Below, in pieces: positions 20,342 through 31,409 of a DNA stretch of 54,976 bases. Each line of letters begins with the position of its first letter. Positions within the stretch are counted from its first letter, which is position 1. The stretch lies in assembly GCA_963817385.1 (NCBI GenBank), contig CAWFOM010000019.1, positions 1 to 54,976 of the forward strand, in the 5' to 3' direction. Under the pieces are notes generated by a model, which saw nothing but the letters and a program-made list of their open reading frames with translations, did no database searches and was not told the origin of the DNA. This DNA is from an uncultured delta proteobacterium. GTDB taxonomy: Bacteria > Desulfobacterota > Syntrophia > Syntrophales > UBA5619. A program made the translations under genes and the position numbers.

Positions 20342-22129
20342 TTAAAGGATTTTTTGCGGGCGATACTGCCGGATGATCTCCAGGAAAATGTCGCCGTATT
20401 TCTCGAGTTTCGCTGCGCCGATTCCATGGACCTCCGCCAGACTCTCCCGTGTCGAGGGAAGAGAGGCGGCCATCTCCCGCAGGGTCCGGTCGTGGAAGAT
20501 CGTAAAGGGGGGGAGATTGTGCCGGTCGGCGATCTCTTTGCGCCTTTTCCTGAGCAGCTCAAAGAGATCCGGGTCATATGCCCCTCGCTCTTCCTCGCGC
20601 GGCTTGAGCTGGACGACACCTTCTTCCCGCCTTCCCATGACCGTCTCCCGCCCCTTCATGACCTCCCATGCTTTCGGGGTGAGCTGGAGGGCGCCATGTT
20701 CCAGCTCCTGGATAAGCAGGCCCTTCTGGAGAAACTGGCGGGAGAGGTGTCGCCATTGTCCGGCCGAATAGGCCGTGCCGATCCCGTACGTCGAGAGTGA
20801 TTCGTGCCCGAAGTTCAGGACCTTCCGGGCATTCGATCCCCTGAGGACATCGATGACGTGGCCGGCGCCGAACCGCTCTCCGGTCCTCTTCACGCAGGAG
20901 AGGAACATCTGGGCCGGGATGGTGATGTCGGCGAGCTCTTTTTCCCCCATCCGGCAGTTGTCGCACATTCCGCAATCGGCCGGGAGATCGGTTTCGCCGA
21001 AATAGCCAAGCAGGGGAATGCGGCGGCAGAGGTCCGTTTCGGCGAAGCCGACCAGGGCGTTCAGAAGAACGTTCGCCACCATCTGCTCATGCTCATCCTT
21101 CTGCTGGATGAAGTATTTGACCTTCCGGAGGTCCCCGTAGCCGAGCAGGAGCAGGCAATGGGCGGGCAGTCCGTCCCGTCCGGCCCGCCCGATCTCTTGA
21201 TAGTAGGATTCCAGGTTCTTCGGCAGGTCGTGATGGACGACGAATCGGACGTTGGATTTGTTGATCCCCATGCCGAAGGCGATCGTCGCTACGATGATCT
21301 GGATATCGTCGCGGATGAAGAGCTCCTGGTTCCGCGTGCGTTCCGCCTCCGAGAGGCCGGCATGGTAGGGCCGGACGGCGTACCCTTTCCGGCTGAGGAG
21401 GGCATAAAGGTCATCCGTCTGCCGGCGCGAGAAGCAATAGATGATCCCGGATTCATTCGGGTACTGTTTCAGAAATTTCAGGATCTGTTCGCGCGGCGCC
21501 GTTTTCGGGGCCACCTCCAGAAAGAGGTTCGGGCGGTTGAAGCTGCCGACAAACTCCTCGTCGATCCGAAGGGATGTCCGGATATCCGCCCGGACCCGTG
21601 GTGTCGCGGTTGCCGTCAGGGCGACACAAGCGGCCGCGGGAAAGGCGGAGCGGACCTCCAGGAGTTGGCGGTACTCCGGGCGGAAATCATGGCCCCACTC
21701 GGAGATGCAGTGTGCCTCATCGATGGCGATGCAATCGATTTTCAAGGGTGACAGGAGGTCCAGAATTCGTGGGGTCAGCAAGGCCTCCGGGGCCAGGTAA
21801 ATCAGTTTTATTGCACTGCTCCTGATTTGCCCGACGTGGCGCCGGTACTGATCAGCGGAAAGGGAACTGTTCAGGAAGACCGCCGGAACGCCGCATTCCT
21901 TGAGCTGGTCCACCTGGTCCTTCATGAGGGAGATCAGGGGAGAAACAACGATGGTCAACCCTTCAAAGAGAAGGGCGGGGATCTGATAGCAGAGAGACTT
22001 GCCGCCCCCCGTCGGCATCACGACGAGGGCATCCTTCTTCCTCAGGACATGGCCGATGATTTCATCCTGGAGGGGCCAGAAGGCATCGTAACCAAAGACG
22101 CGTTTGAGGATGAACTTCGCCTGATCCAT
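20342..22129 (-). CDS. recQ: ATP-dependent DNA helicase RecQ
   Basis: MPTGGGKSLCYQ, DEAHCISEWGHDFRPEY, YYQEIGRAGRDG, Zn-binding Cys, RQC and HRDC domains. Confidence 0.97.
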   Translation of the reverse strand: MDQAKFILKRVFGYDAFWPLQDEIIGHVLRKKDALVVMPTGGGKSLCYQIPALLFEGLTIVVSPLISLMKDQVDQLKECGVPAVFLNSSLSADQYRRHVGQIRSSAIKLIYLAPEALLTPRILDLLSPLKIDCIAIDEAHCISEWGHDFRPEYRQLLEVRSAFPAAACVALTATATPRVRADIRTSLRIDEEFVGSFNRPNLFLEVAPKTAPREQILKFLKQYPNESGIIYCFSRRQTDDLYALLSRKGYAVRPYHAGLSEAERTRNQELFIRDDIQIIVATIAFGMGINKSNVRFVVHHDLPKNLESYYQEIGRAGRDGLPAHCLLLLGYGDLRKVKYFIQQKDEHEQMVANVLLNALVGFAETDLCRRIPLLGYFGETDLPADCGMCDNCRMGEKELADITIPAQMFLSCVKRTGERFGAGHVIDVLRGSNARKVLNFGHESLSTYGIGTAYSAGQWRHLSRQFLQKGLLIQELEHGALQLTPKAWEVMKGRETVMGRREEGVVQLKPREEERGAYDPDLFELLRKRRKEIADRHNLPPFTIFHDRTLREMAASLPSTRESLAEVHGIGAAKLEKYGDIFLEIIRQYRPQKIL

Positions 22130-22284
22130 AGAAAAAAATCCTAAGGAAAAACCGTTTATGCCCCCATACCATCATGCCTTCAGGAGGTCAAGCGAGGCCG
22201 ATGCATGATTTATGGGTCGAAACGGCCCCATTCCCTCTTCTTTCCCTCTGTTTCTTTTTTTTGTTAAACATTTCCCGATTATCC

Positions 22285-22311
22285 TAAAGTTTTGTATAAA
22301 AATGCCGATTA
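22285..22311 (+). promoter_or_regulatory. sigma28 (FliA) promoter
   Basis: TAAAGTTT-N11-GCCGATTA, one mismatch to consensus TAAAGTTT-N11-GCCGATAA, upstream of a chemoreceptor operon. Confidence 0.8.
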
Positions 22312-22518
22312 TAGTGATGAATAACGGTCATGTGCCGCGCGCAATGATGTTCTTGGGGGAAAAGCGGACCGCAGATGTCGGTCGGATGAATCCGGTTAAG
22401 CATGGCTCCTCCCACAGGGTGAGCCTGCCTCGGGAACGATGACTACCTAAAGAAAATGTGTTTGCATCTGACGGAGCGTTGAACATACTGGTTACTCGAT
22501 ACTCTTCAGGAGGAGAAC

Positions 22519-23016
22519 ATGAGATTGAATCCGGCAGCACTTTATCGACCATACCGAGCGGTTTTCCATTTCGCCCTATCCATCCTTTGTCTCTTATTGT
22601 CCGCCTTCCCTTTTTACGCCCAGGGAGAATCAAAGAGCTATGTCGGGGCGGAGACGTGCAAAGGATGCCATGAAAAGGAGCACAAAAGCTTCTCCAGCCA
22701 TTCAAAAATGAGCACATCCTTTAAATCGCTTGAGATCAGAAAAAAGGGACTGACCGGGGAAGAAATAAAAAAATGCTATGAATGCCATACCACCGGTTAC
22801 GGGAATCCCGGAGGGTTCAAATCGGAGGCCGAGACGCCTGATCTCAAAAACCTGGGTTGCGAATCATGCCATGGACCGGGAAGCAGCCATGCGTCGTCAA
22901 GCAATCCGAAAGAGATCAAGAAACATCTCGAAATCAAGGATTGCGAGAATTGCCATGCTCAGGACCGCGTAGCGGCGTTCAATTACAAACCCCTTCTGTT
23001 TGGAGGTGCCCACTGA
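22519..23016 (+). CDS. periplasmic tetraheme c-type cytochrome (c554-like)
   Basis: AGGAG RBS, signal peptide, four CxxCH motifs: CKGCH, CYECH, CESCH, CENCH. Confidence 0.92.
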   Translation: MRLNPAALYRPYRAVFHFALSILCLLLSAFPFYAQGESKSYVGAETCKGCHEKEHKSFSSHSKMSTSFKSLEIRKKGLTGEEIKKCYECHTTGYGNPGGFKSEAETPDLKNLGCESCHGPGSSHASSSNPKEIKKHLEIKDCENCHAQDRVAAFNYKPLLFGGAH

Positions 23017-24473
23017 TGAAAATGAACGAAGTAAGCCTGCAGGTGAAGATCGTTGGCGCTCTCGCCGTTATGTTTTTCGTCGTGCTTGTATCGATCATCA
23101 CTATCAACGGCCGGGATCAACGGCTTTACATAACAGCCGAGGTGCACCATTCCGCCCAAGGCTTGGCCGACTCGGTTTACAATAGCATGGTCTACCCGAT
23201 GTCCGTGGGGGACGGCAAGACGGTCCGGCAGCAGATGGAGGAGTTCAAGAAGAGCATGAAGTTTGCGGAGGTATATATTTTCGGGTTCGATAAGCTCTGC
23301 GCCTATTCCTCGGAAAAGGAAAAGGTGGGCGCGGATCTGACCAAGGAGATCAAGTCGGGAGGGCTGGCAGCAGAGCTCGAACAACTGTTGCGCGATGGGA
23401 AGTCGTCCGGACGGGGGCATGAAGAGTCCCTGAACGGGAAACAGTATCTCACCATACTGCGTCCCATGGTGAACGAGAACCGCTGCCACCATTGCCACGG
23501 CGCAAGCCGACCTGTCCTGGGAGGAGTGATGGTGAGGCAGAACATCGACAATATGATAAGTAATCTTGCCAGTCTCCGGAACAAAAACATCATTATCGGG
23601 ATAGGAGGCTTCCTCGTTGTCATGGGGGTGCTTGCCTTCCTGATCGGGCTGTTGGTGATCCGCCCGGTGAATTCCATCATTAAGGATCTGTCGGAAAGCG
23701 CGGAACAGGTTGCTTCGGCCTCGACGCAAATCGCATCGGCCGGCCAATCCCTGGCGGGGGCGGCGTCCCAGCAGGCTGCGGGGGTGGAGGAGACCTCGGC
23801 ATCCCTCGAGGAGATTGCCGCAATGACGATGCATAATTCCGACAATTCGCAGCAGGCAAAGCTGCTCTCTGATGACACCTGGACAGCGATAACAAGGGCC
23901 GGCGCCTCCATGGGAGGGGTGATGACCTCCATGCAGGAGATCTCGAAGGCCAGCGAAGAGACCGCCAAGATCGTCAAGACCATCGACGAGATCGCCTTTC
24001 AGACCAATCTGCTGGCTCTCAATGCGGCGGTGGAAGCGGCCCGCGCCGGTGAAGCAGGGGCGGGATTTGCCGTCGTGGCGGATGAGGTGCGAAACCTGGC
24101 CATTCGGGCGGCGGAAGCGGCCGGGAACACGGCAACCATGATCGAAGGAACCGTTTCCAAGGTCAAAGACGGCCATGAACTGGTGCGAAAAACCGGTGAA
24201 GACTTTCAGGCGGTCGGCTCGGGCAGCAAGAAGGTGGTCGAACTGGTCGGCGAAATAGCGGCGGCCTCGGGCGAGCAGTCCCAGGCGATAAAACAGATCA
24301 ATACGGCCATTCAGGAGATGGATAAGTCGACCCAGCAGAATGCCGCCAGTGCGGAAGAGGCGGCTTCCGCTTCGGAGGAACTGAGCGCCCAGGCATTGCA
24401 GATGAAAATGTATGTGGGGCAATTAGAGACCCTCATCAGCGGGAAGAGCAACAATCAAATCGTGAAGTACTGA
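23016..24473 (+). CDS. methyl-accepting chemotaxis protein with periplasmic CxxCH heme-c motif
   Basis: TGATG overlap with the cytochrome; two TM helices flank a domain containing CHHCH; hairpin [37 protein letters not shown]. Confidence 0.95.
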   Translation: MKMNEVSLQVKIVGALAVMFFVVLVSIITINGRDQRLYITAEVHHSAQGLADSVYNSMVYPMSVGDGKTVRQQMEEFKKSMKFAEVYIFGFDKLCAYSSEKEKVGADLTKEIKSGGLAAELEQLLRDGKSSGRGHEESLNGKQYLTILRPMVNENRCHHCHGASRPVLGGVMVRQNIDNMISNLASLRNKNIIIGIGGFLVVMGVLAFLIGLLVIRPVNSIIKDLSESAEQVASASTQIASAGQSLAGAASQQAAGVEETSASLEEIAAMTMHNSDNSQQAKLLSDDTWTAITRAGASMGGVMTSMQEISKASEETAKIVKTIDEIAFQTNLLALNAAVEAARAGEAGAGFAVVADEVRNLAIRAAEAAGNTATMIEGTVSKVKDGHELVRKTGEDFQAVGSGSKKVVELVGEIAAASGEQSQAIKQINTAIQEMDKSTQQNAASAEEAASASEELSAQALQMKMYVGQLETLISGKSNNQIVKY

Positions 24474-24585
24474 AGCCGATCACAACGAAATCCCGTGCGG
24501 TTGCCGGCCTCACCTCCCTATGCCCATTGCTCCCTTGTCATCCCCGGGGAATTGTGCCAGGATGCATCATCTGGGGAGAGAGTGC

Positions 24586-26589
24586 ATGGGGGCGTTTCAT
24601 CTGGTCAGCGATTATCAGCCGCGGGGGGATCAGCCGCAGGCCATCGAAAAGCTCGTCGCGGGTTTGGAGGGGGGAGGCGAGCACCAGGTCCTTCTCGGGG
24701 TGACCGGTTCCGGAAAGACCTTCACGATGGCGAATGTCATCGCCGCCGTGGACCGGCCCGCCCTGGTCATCGCCCACAACAAGACCCTCGCCGCCCAGCT
24801 CTACGGGGAGTTCAAGATGCTCTTCCCGGAGAACGCCGTCGAGTACTTCGTCAGTTATTACGACTATTACCAGCCGGAAGCCTACATCCCCAGCACGGAC
24901 ACCTACATCGAGAAAGACTCCGCGATCAATGACGCGATCGACAAGCTCCGCCACGCGGCGACCCACTCCCTCCTGGAGCGACGGGATGTCGTCATCGTGG
25001 CCAGCGTCTCGTGCATCTACGGCATCGGCTCCCCGGAGGCCTATCACGGAATGCTCCTCATGATCGAGGAGGGGGCGGAGCTCCCGCGGGATGCCATGCT
25101 CGCCCGCCTGGTCGAGATCCAGTACGAGCGCAACGACATCGACTTCCACCGGGGGACCTTCCGCGTCCGGGGAGACGTTGTGGAGATCTTCCCCCCCTAT
25201 GAGGAGGAGCGGGCGATCCGCGTGGAGTTTTTCGGCGACACGGTGGAGGCGATCTCCGTCGTCGACCCCCTCCGGGGAAAGAAGCTCGATCGGCTCCGGC
25301 GGACGGCGATCTATCCCGGCAGCCATTACGTGACGACCAAGGAGAACCTCAAGCGGGCGATCACCGACATCCGCGTGGAGCTGGGGGAGAGGCTCCGGGA
25401 ACTCAACGCGGAAAACAAGCTTCTGGAGGCGCAGCGCCTGGAGCAGCGGACCCATTTCGACATCGAGATGATGGAGGAGATGGGGTACTGCTCCGGGATC
25501 GAGAACTACTCCCGCCACCTGACCGGCCGCAAACCCGGCGAGCCGCCGCCGACCTTGATGGAGTACTTCCCCGGGGACGCCGTCGTCTTCATCGACGAGA
25601 GCCATGCGACCATCCCCCAGCTGATCGGGATGTACCGGGGAGACCGCTCCCGGAAGGAGACCCTCGTCAACTACGGCTTCCGCCTTCCCTCGGCGCTCGA
25701 CAACCGGCCGCTGCGCTTCGAGGAGTTCGAGGCATTCGGGAACCAGCGGATCTCCGTCTCGGCGACGCCGGCAGTCTATGAGATGGGTAGGGCAGGAGGG
25801 CGGGTCGTGGAGCAGATCATCCGCCCGACGGGGCTCATGGATCCGGAGATCATTGTCAAACCGGTGACCCACCAGGTGGATGACCTCCTGGGCGAGATCC
25901 GCGAGCGGGCGAAGAGGGGCGAGCGGGTCCTCGTGACGACTCTGACGAAGCGAATGGCGGAGAACCTCACCACCTACTATGAGGGGTTGGGGGTCCGGGT
26001 GAAGTACCTCCACTCGGACATCCATACCCTGGAGAGGGTGGACATCATCCGCGACCTCCGGATGGGGGAGTTCGACGTCCTTATCGGCGTCAACCTCCTG
26101 CGCGAGGGGCTCGACATCCCGGAGGTCTCCCTGGTGGCGATCCTGGACGCCGACAAGGAGGGGTTCCTCCGCTCCGAACGCTCCCTCATCCAGACGAGCG
26201 GCCGGGCCGCCCGGAATGTGGCGGGCCAGGTGATCATGTACGCCGATAGGATCACCGCCTCAATCAAGGCCTGTCTCGATGTGACGCGGCGCAGGCGGGA
26301 GATTCAGGCGCGCTATAATGAAGAGAACGGGATTACGCCGGAGAGCATCCGGACGGTAATCCACCACCTCCTCAGTTCCGTCTACGAGGCCGATTACGTA
26401 ACGGTGCAGACGGTTTCGGAGAAAGAGGCCGCCTACTCCTCGGAAAAGGAACTCCCCGTGATGATCCGGAAGCTGAAGGAGGAGATGAAGCAGGCCGCCA
26501 AGGAGCTGGAATTCGAGAAAGCGGCGGCGCTGCGCGATCGGATCCGCGACCTGACGAAACTGATGCTGGAGATGGGGGGCGAGGGATAG
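24586..26589 (+). CDS. uvrB: excinuclease ABC subunit B
   Basis: [44 protein letters not shown]-terminal UVR domain. Confidence 0.99.
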   Translation: MGAFHLVSDYQPRGDQPQAIEKLVAGLEGGGEHQVLLGVTGSGKTFTMANVIAAVDRPALVIAHNKTLAAQLYGEFKMLFPENAVEYFVSYYDYYQPEAYIPSTDTYIEKDSAINDAIDKLRHAATHSLLERRDVVIVASVSCIYGIGSPEAYHGMLLMIEEGAELPRDAMLARLVEIQYERNDIDFHRGTFRVRGDVVEIFPPYEEERAIRVEFFGDTVEAISVVDPLRGKKLDRLRRTAIYPGSHYVTTKENLKRAITDIRVELGERLRELNAENKLLEAQRLEQRTHFDIEMMEEMGYCSGIENYSRHLTGRKPGEPPPTLMEYFPGDAVVFIDESHATIPQLIGMYRGDRSRKETLVNYGFRLPSALDNRPLRFEEFEAFGNQRISVSATPAVYEMGRAGGRVVEQIIRPTGLMDPEIIVKPVTHQVDDLLGEIRERAKRGERVLVTTLTKRMAENLTTYYEGLGVRVKYLHSDIHTLERVDIIRDLRMGEFDVLIGVNLLREGLDIPEVSLVAILDADKEGFLRSERSLIQTSGRAARNVAGQVIMYADRITASIKACLDVTRRRREIQARYNEENGITPESIRTVIHHLLSSVYEADYVTVQTVSEKEAAYSSEKELPVMIRKLKEEMKQAAKELEFEKAAALRDRIRDLTKLMLEMGGEG

Positions 26590-26694
26590 AGCGGATTACC
26601 GAACGATCCCGCGCCGGGTGTCGCGGATAGAGAAAACCGGCGTGATGATCGGGTGATTGAGAAATACATCGTCTGAATCGTGGGGAGAGGGAAG

Positions 26695-27282
26695 ATGGTT
26701 AGTAAAACTGAAATCCGAAAGACGGTTCTGCAGGCGAGAAACGCCATGACGCGTGAGGAAATTACGGCGGGAAGCCTCGCGATCCTGAAACGGCTGGTCG
26801 ATCTGGAGGAGATCCGCCGGGTGTCCACATTGATGGTTTACCTCGGCTTCGGGAGCGAGGTCGTCACCGACGGTCTGATCCTCTGGGGCTGGGGAGAGGG
26901 GAAGCGAATCGTTGTTCCTGTTTGCCGTCCGGAGAGCCGGGAGCTGACCGCCTGCCGGATCGATGGCTTCGACGAGTTGGAGAGCGGCCACTATGGGATC
27001 CGGGAGCCGAAGGCGGGCTTCATCCGTCCGGTTCCCCGGGGGGAGATCGAGGCGGTCGTCGTCCCCGCCGTGGCCTTTGACCGGCGGGGATACCGAGTAG
27101 GGTACGGCGGCGGTTACTATGACCGTTTTCTTCCGGAAGCGCCACAGGCGGCGAGAATCGGGGCCGTCTTCGCGCGCCAGATCGTTGCGGCGATCCCGGC
27201 AGATCCTCACGACGTGACGGTGGACCGTGTCGTGACGGACGTGGAGATCATCGTCCCCTCCGGAGGAGTGTCTGAGACCTGA
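26695..27282 (+). CDS. ygfA: 5-formyltetrahydrofolate cyclo-ligase
   Basis: YGIREP, VVVPAVAFDRRGYRVGYGGGYYDRFL, PHDVTVD. Confidence 0.95.
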   Translation: MVSKTEIRKTVLQARNAMTREEITAGSLAILKRLVDLEEIRRVSTLMVYLGFGSEVVTDGLILWGWGEGKRIVVPVCRPESRELTACRIDGFDELESGHYGIREPKAGFIRPVPRGEIEAVVVPAVAFDRRGYRVGYGGGYYDRFLPEAPQAARIGAVFARQIVAAIPADPHDVTVDRVVTDVEIIVPSGGVSET

Positions 27283-27330
27283 CGGGACGAATTTCCCGCG
27301 GGTAACCGCGGCCGAATTGCCGATTTCTCC

Positions 27331-27359
27331 TTGACAGGGCGCCGGGATCAGGGCAAGAT
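27331..27359 (+). promoter_or_regulatory. putative sigma70 promoter for the S1 gene
   Basis: TTGACA-17 nt-CAAGAT. Confidence 0.4.
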
Positions 27360-27393
27360 GCCGGACATTTTATTTTAATGCATGAGGAGAATC

Positions 27394-28599
27394 ATGGAGG
27401 AAACGAATCAGACGAGGGAAGAGGAAGGCGGCGAGAAGACCTTTGCCGAATTGTTCGGAGAAAGCGAGCCGGACCGCGGCTGGCTGAAACCCGGCCAGCG
27501 TGTGGAGGCGGTGATCGTGAAGATCTCGCCGGAATGGATCTTCATCGATGTGGGCGGGAAACACGAAGGGTATCTGGACAAGCGGGAGTTTCTGGATGCG
27601 GAGGGCAACCTGACCGTTCAGGAGGGCCAGACCATCAAGGCCTATTTCCTGTCGTCCCAGCACAATGAAAAGCTCTTCACGACGAAGCTCGGCGCCGGCG
27701 AGGCTGGCCGGGCGTTTCTTGAGGACGCCTGGCATAACGGCATCCCCGTCGAAGGGGTGGTCGAGCGGGAGGTCAAGGGCGGATTCGAGATCAAAGTTAC
27801 CGGTGATACGAGAGGATTCTGCCCCTTCTCCCAGATGGGCCTCTTCCGCGTTGAGACCCCGGCCGACTGGGTCGGTCAGCGTCTCTCCTTCCGGATCATC
27901 GAGTACGGTGAGCGGGGGAGGAACATCGTTCTTTCCCACCGGACTATCCTCGAAGAGGAGCAGGCGAAGCTGAGGGAAGGCCTGAAGGTGTCGCTCAAAG
28001 AAGGGCAGACGGTAAAGGGGAAGGTCGTTTCACTTCAGAAATTCGGAGCCTTCGTCGATCTCGGCGGTATCCAGGCCCTCATCCCCATCTCCGAGATCGT
28101 TTGGGAGCATGTGACCGATATCTCCGATAAACTCAGCGTCGGTCAGGAGGTTGAGGCGGTCATCCTGAAGCTGGACTGGGAGAAAGACCGGATCTCGCTC
28201 AGCCTCCGCTCGAAGCTGCCCGACCCCTGGGAGCGGGTCGCAACGGAATTCCCCGAAGGGTCGTCCTTTACCGGCACGGTGGCCCGTCTCACAAAATTCG
28301 GCGCCTTCGTTACCCTGCTTCCCGGCGTCGACGGTCTGATCCATATCTCCAAACTAGGCAGAGGGAAACGGATCACCCACCCCTCCGAAGTGCTCACGGA
28401 AGGACAGAACATCGCGGTCAAGATCGAGAAGATCGATCCGGAGACCAAGCGCATCTCCCTTGCGCCCCTCGGGGATGAAGAGGAGGAGAAGGCGGAGGAA
28501 CTGGAGGATTTCCAGAAGTACGTGGGCAAGGCGCCCGGCTCCTTCGGTTCGCTCGGCGATGCGCTGCAGAAGAAAATGGGCACCAAGACGAAGGAATAA
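27394..28599 (+). CDS. rpsA: ribosomal protein S1-like protein with four S1 domains
   Basis: LKPGQRVEAVIV, LKEGQTVKGKVVSLQKFGAFVDLGGIQALIPISEI, FGAFVTLLPGVDGLIHISKL. Confidence 0.85.
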   Translation: MEETNQTREEEGGEKTFAELFGESEPDRGWLKPGQRVEAVIVKISPEWIFIDVGGKHEGYLDKREFLDAEGNLTVQEGQTIKAYFLSSQHNEKLFTTKLGAGEAGRAFLEDAWHNGIPVEGVVEREVKGGFEIKVTGDTRGFCPFSQMGLFRVETPADWVGQRLSFRIIEYGERGRNIVLSHRTILEEEQAKLREGLKVSLKEGQTVKGKVVSLQKFGAFVDLGGIQALIPISEIVWEHVTDISDKLSVGQEVEAVILKLDWEKDRISLSLRSKLPDPWERVATEFPEGSSFTGTVARLTKFGAFVTLLPGVDGLIHISKLGRGKRITHPSEVLTEGQNIAVKIEKIDPETKRISLAPLGDEEEEKAEELEDFQKYVGKAPGSFGSLGDALQKKMGTKTKE

Positions 28600-28615
28600 T
28601 GACGGCCTGAAGCCG

Positions 28616-30641
28616 ATGAGCTCGGAGCTGGACGCAACAATCAGAAACGCCCCCCGGAGCCCCGGCGTCTATCTCATGAAGGACGGGGCAGGGGAGATCC
28701 TCTACGTGGGGAAGGCCCGGGATCTGCGGGCCCGGATCCGGGCCTACTTCGCCCGGACCGACGCCCGGGCGATGATCCCTTTCCTCGTTTCCCGGATCCG
28801 GGATGTGGCGTTCATCATCACCGGGACGGAAAAGGAGGCGCTGATCCTTGAGAACAACCTGATCAAGGAGCACCGGCCCCGGTACAACGTCGATTTCCGG
28901 GATGACAAGGCCTATTTCAACATCCGCATCGATCCGCAAGAGCCCTTTGCGCGGTTTCAACTTGTGCGGCGCCAGAAGAAAGACGGCGCCCGCTATTTCG
29001 GTCCCTATCCCTCCAGCAGCGCTGCCCGGGAAACCCTCCGCTTCCTCCAGACGATCGTTCCCCTCCGGAGCTGCCGGGATCGGGAATTGAATGCCCGCCG
29101 CCGCCCGTGCATCGAATACGAGATCGGCCGCTGCAGCGCCCCCTGCGTCGGCCGGATCGAAAGCGATGCCTATCGGGGGCTGGTAAAGGACGGCATCGCA
29201 TTTCTCGAAGGCCGGGAGAAGGCGTTGATCGGCGACCTCCGCGCCCGGATGAACGATGCGGCGGAGCTCCTCCGGTTCGAGGAGGCGGCCGCCATCCGCG
29301 ATCGGATTGCGGCCATCGAGGAGACCCTGGAAAAACAGCGGATCGTTTCCACGACGGGCCGGAACAGGGATGTGTTCGGTCTCTACCGGGAAGACGACCT
29401 GACGCAGATCTCCGCATTCTTCATCCGGAGCGGCCGGATGATCGGCCAGAAGACCTTCCCCCTGATCCGTCTTCGCGCGGAGACCGGCGAGATCCTCTCC
29501 TCTCTGGTGAAACGGTATTACGATGGCATGGCGAATATTCCCGACGAGGTGATTGTGCCGGAGGCATTGGAGGATGGCGAAGTGATGGCGGAGTGGCTCT
29601 CCGAGAAGCGAGGGAGGGGGGTGGCCATCGTGACGCCGAAGCGGGGGGAGACCCGCGGGCTCCTCGGGATAGCCTCTCGGAACGCCGAGAGCACCTTCCG
29701 GACCGCGCGCCTCGCCGCCGATCGCCCGGAGGTGACACTGCCGCTGATCGCTAATAAACTCGGCCTCCGCAGAGCCCCCCGGAGGATCGAGTGCTGTCGA
29801 CATCTCCAACATCGGCGGCCGGTACGCGGTCGGTTCGCTGGTAAATTTTACGGACGGTGTTCCCTTCAAGGAAGGGTACCGCCGCTTTCGCATCCGGACG
29901 GTCCCCGGGGCGGACGACACCGCCATGATGTACGAGGTCCTGAAGCGGCGTTACGCAAAGCGGGAGAACCTTCCCGACCTGATCATGGTGGACGGGGGGA
30001 AGGGCCAGCTCGGCGTCGCCCTCGCCGTCTTGAAGGACTGCGGCATCGAGGGGGTCGATGTGATCGGTCTGGCCAAGGAGCGGGGCGGACTGCGGCCGGA
30101 TGCCTCCGGCGTTGCGGTGGATCTGAACCGTTCCTCCGGTCAGAAACAAAACGCATCCGAAGACAACCCGGTTGTTTACCGACTCTCGGCAGGCGGAGGT
30201 GAGACGGGCGGCGCTCCGGCCGGCCGCAGTCGCAGGACGGATACTCCCGGAACAGGGGAGGACCGCGTCTTCCTTCCGGGACGCAAGGATCCGGTCTATT
30301 TGTCCCGATGGCCCGCGGCACTGTTTCTCCTCCAGCGCGTCCGGGATGAAGCACACCGCTTCGCCGTGACGTACCATCGGAAGATCAAGGAAAAAGAGGA
30401 CCTCCGATCGCTTCTGGACGCGATTCCCGGCATCGGACCGGCGCGAAAAAAGGCGCTCCTCGTTTTCTTCGGCGATGTGAAACGAATCAGGGCGGCAACG
30501 GCGGAAGAGCTGCGGCAGGTCGCGGGGATCGGCGAAGAGACGGCCCGCCTCATCCGGGAGTTTCTCGATGGCGGATCTCCGGCGGCCGCCGGAACCGGCG
30601 ATGGAGCAGTCCAAACACACAATACGGAGGTATCGCAATGA
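28616..30641 (+). CDS. uvrC: excinuclease ABC subunit C; +1 frameshift near 29795; carries an in-frame insertion
   Basis: GIY-YIG PRSPGVYLMKD...YVGKA, YFGPY, RIEC(x)DISN, PDLIMVDGGKGQL, RDEAHRFA, HhH IPGIGPARKK. Confidence 0.97.
30088..30231. repeat. 144-bp palindromic element inside uvrC
   Basis: Perfect 12-bp terminal inverted repeat GACTGCGGCCGG / CCGGCCGCAGTC; length is a multiple of 3. Confidence 0.65.
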
Positions 30642-31192
30642 CCGAAAAATATTCCACTACCTATCGTCTTATCCCGTCGACCATCGGCGCTGTGGGCGTC
30701 GTTCGACGCACCGATCGGAAATCTGTCCAGCGGATCCTTCTCCCGCGGAAGGGTCGCTCCATGAGCGAGTTGATCCGGAAGGCCTTTCCCGGTGCGGTTC
30801 CGGAAAAGGGCGGCGGGGATGCAATCTGCAGGCAACTGCGCGCTTTTCTGGGGGGAGAGGCGGTCGATTTCTCCATCGATGAACTGGATTTGGATGGTTT
30901 TGGTGGATTTGCGCGGCGCGTCCTGATGGCGGACCACACAATCCCCCGGGGGCGGGTCATGACCTACGGAGGACTCGCAGCAAAACTGGGCGTCCCCGGC
31001 GGCGCCAGGGCCGTGGGAAACGTCATGGCGGGCAACCCCTTTCCCCTCGTCATCCCCTGCCATCGGGTTGTCCGGAGCGGCGGCGGCCTTGGCGGATTCG
31101 GCGGCGGCCTCCCGATGAAAAAGGCCCTTCTGGCGATGGAGGGCGTCTGCTTCGACAGCAAAGGGCGGGTCTGTTCCGAGTATATCCTCTAA
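30638..31192 (+). CDS. ogt: methylated-DNA--protein-cysteine methyltransferase
   Basis: IPRGRVMTYG, ARAVG, NPFPLVIPCHRVV active-site motif. Confidence 0.95.
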   Translation: MTEKYSTTYRLIPSTIGAVGVVRRTDRKSVQRILLPRKGRSMSELIRKAFPGAVPEKGGGDAICRQLRAFLGGEAVDFSIDELDLDGFGGFARRVLMADHTIPRGRVMTYGGLAAKLGVPGGARAVGNVMAGNPFPLVIPCHRVVRSGGGLGGFGGGLPMKKALLAMEGVCFDSKGRVCSEYIL

Positions 31193-31290
31193 GGTTCGGT
31201 TGTTTGAGGTGTACTTATCCCATTCACCTCCTACGACTCCTTAGTCTAAGGTGGCCACGCAAGATGAAGATTACTGGTTAAAATGTGCAC

Positions 31291-31325
31291 AAAAAAAGGC
31301 GGAGCCATTTATGACCCTGCCTTTG
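31291..31325 (-). terminator. putative intrinsic terminator
   Basis: Minus strand GGCAGGGTCAT-AA-ATGGCTCCGCC imperfect stem followed by a T run. Confidence 0.45.
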
Positions 31326-31409
31326 CATTTACCCCATTGTGAATCCATCATTACATTCTTTGTCAAGAATAAATAGTTGCCCCCGCTATGTTATTTTTGG
31401 CCACGTCTT

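Noticed and set aside
22312..22518. c-di-GMP (GEMM) riboswitch in the cytochrome-MCP leader
   Set aside because: No GGCAAACC...GACGCAAAGC-type core found by eye.
22983..26025. 479 aa and 495 aa minus-strand ORFs
   Set aside because: Antisense shadows of the MCP and uvrB.
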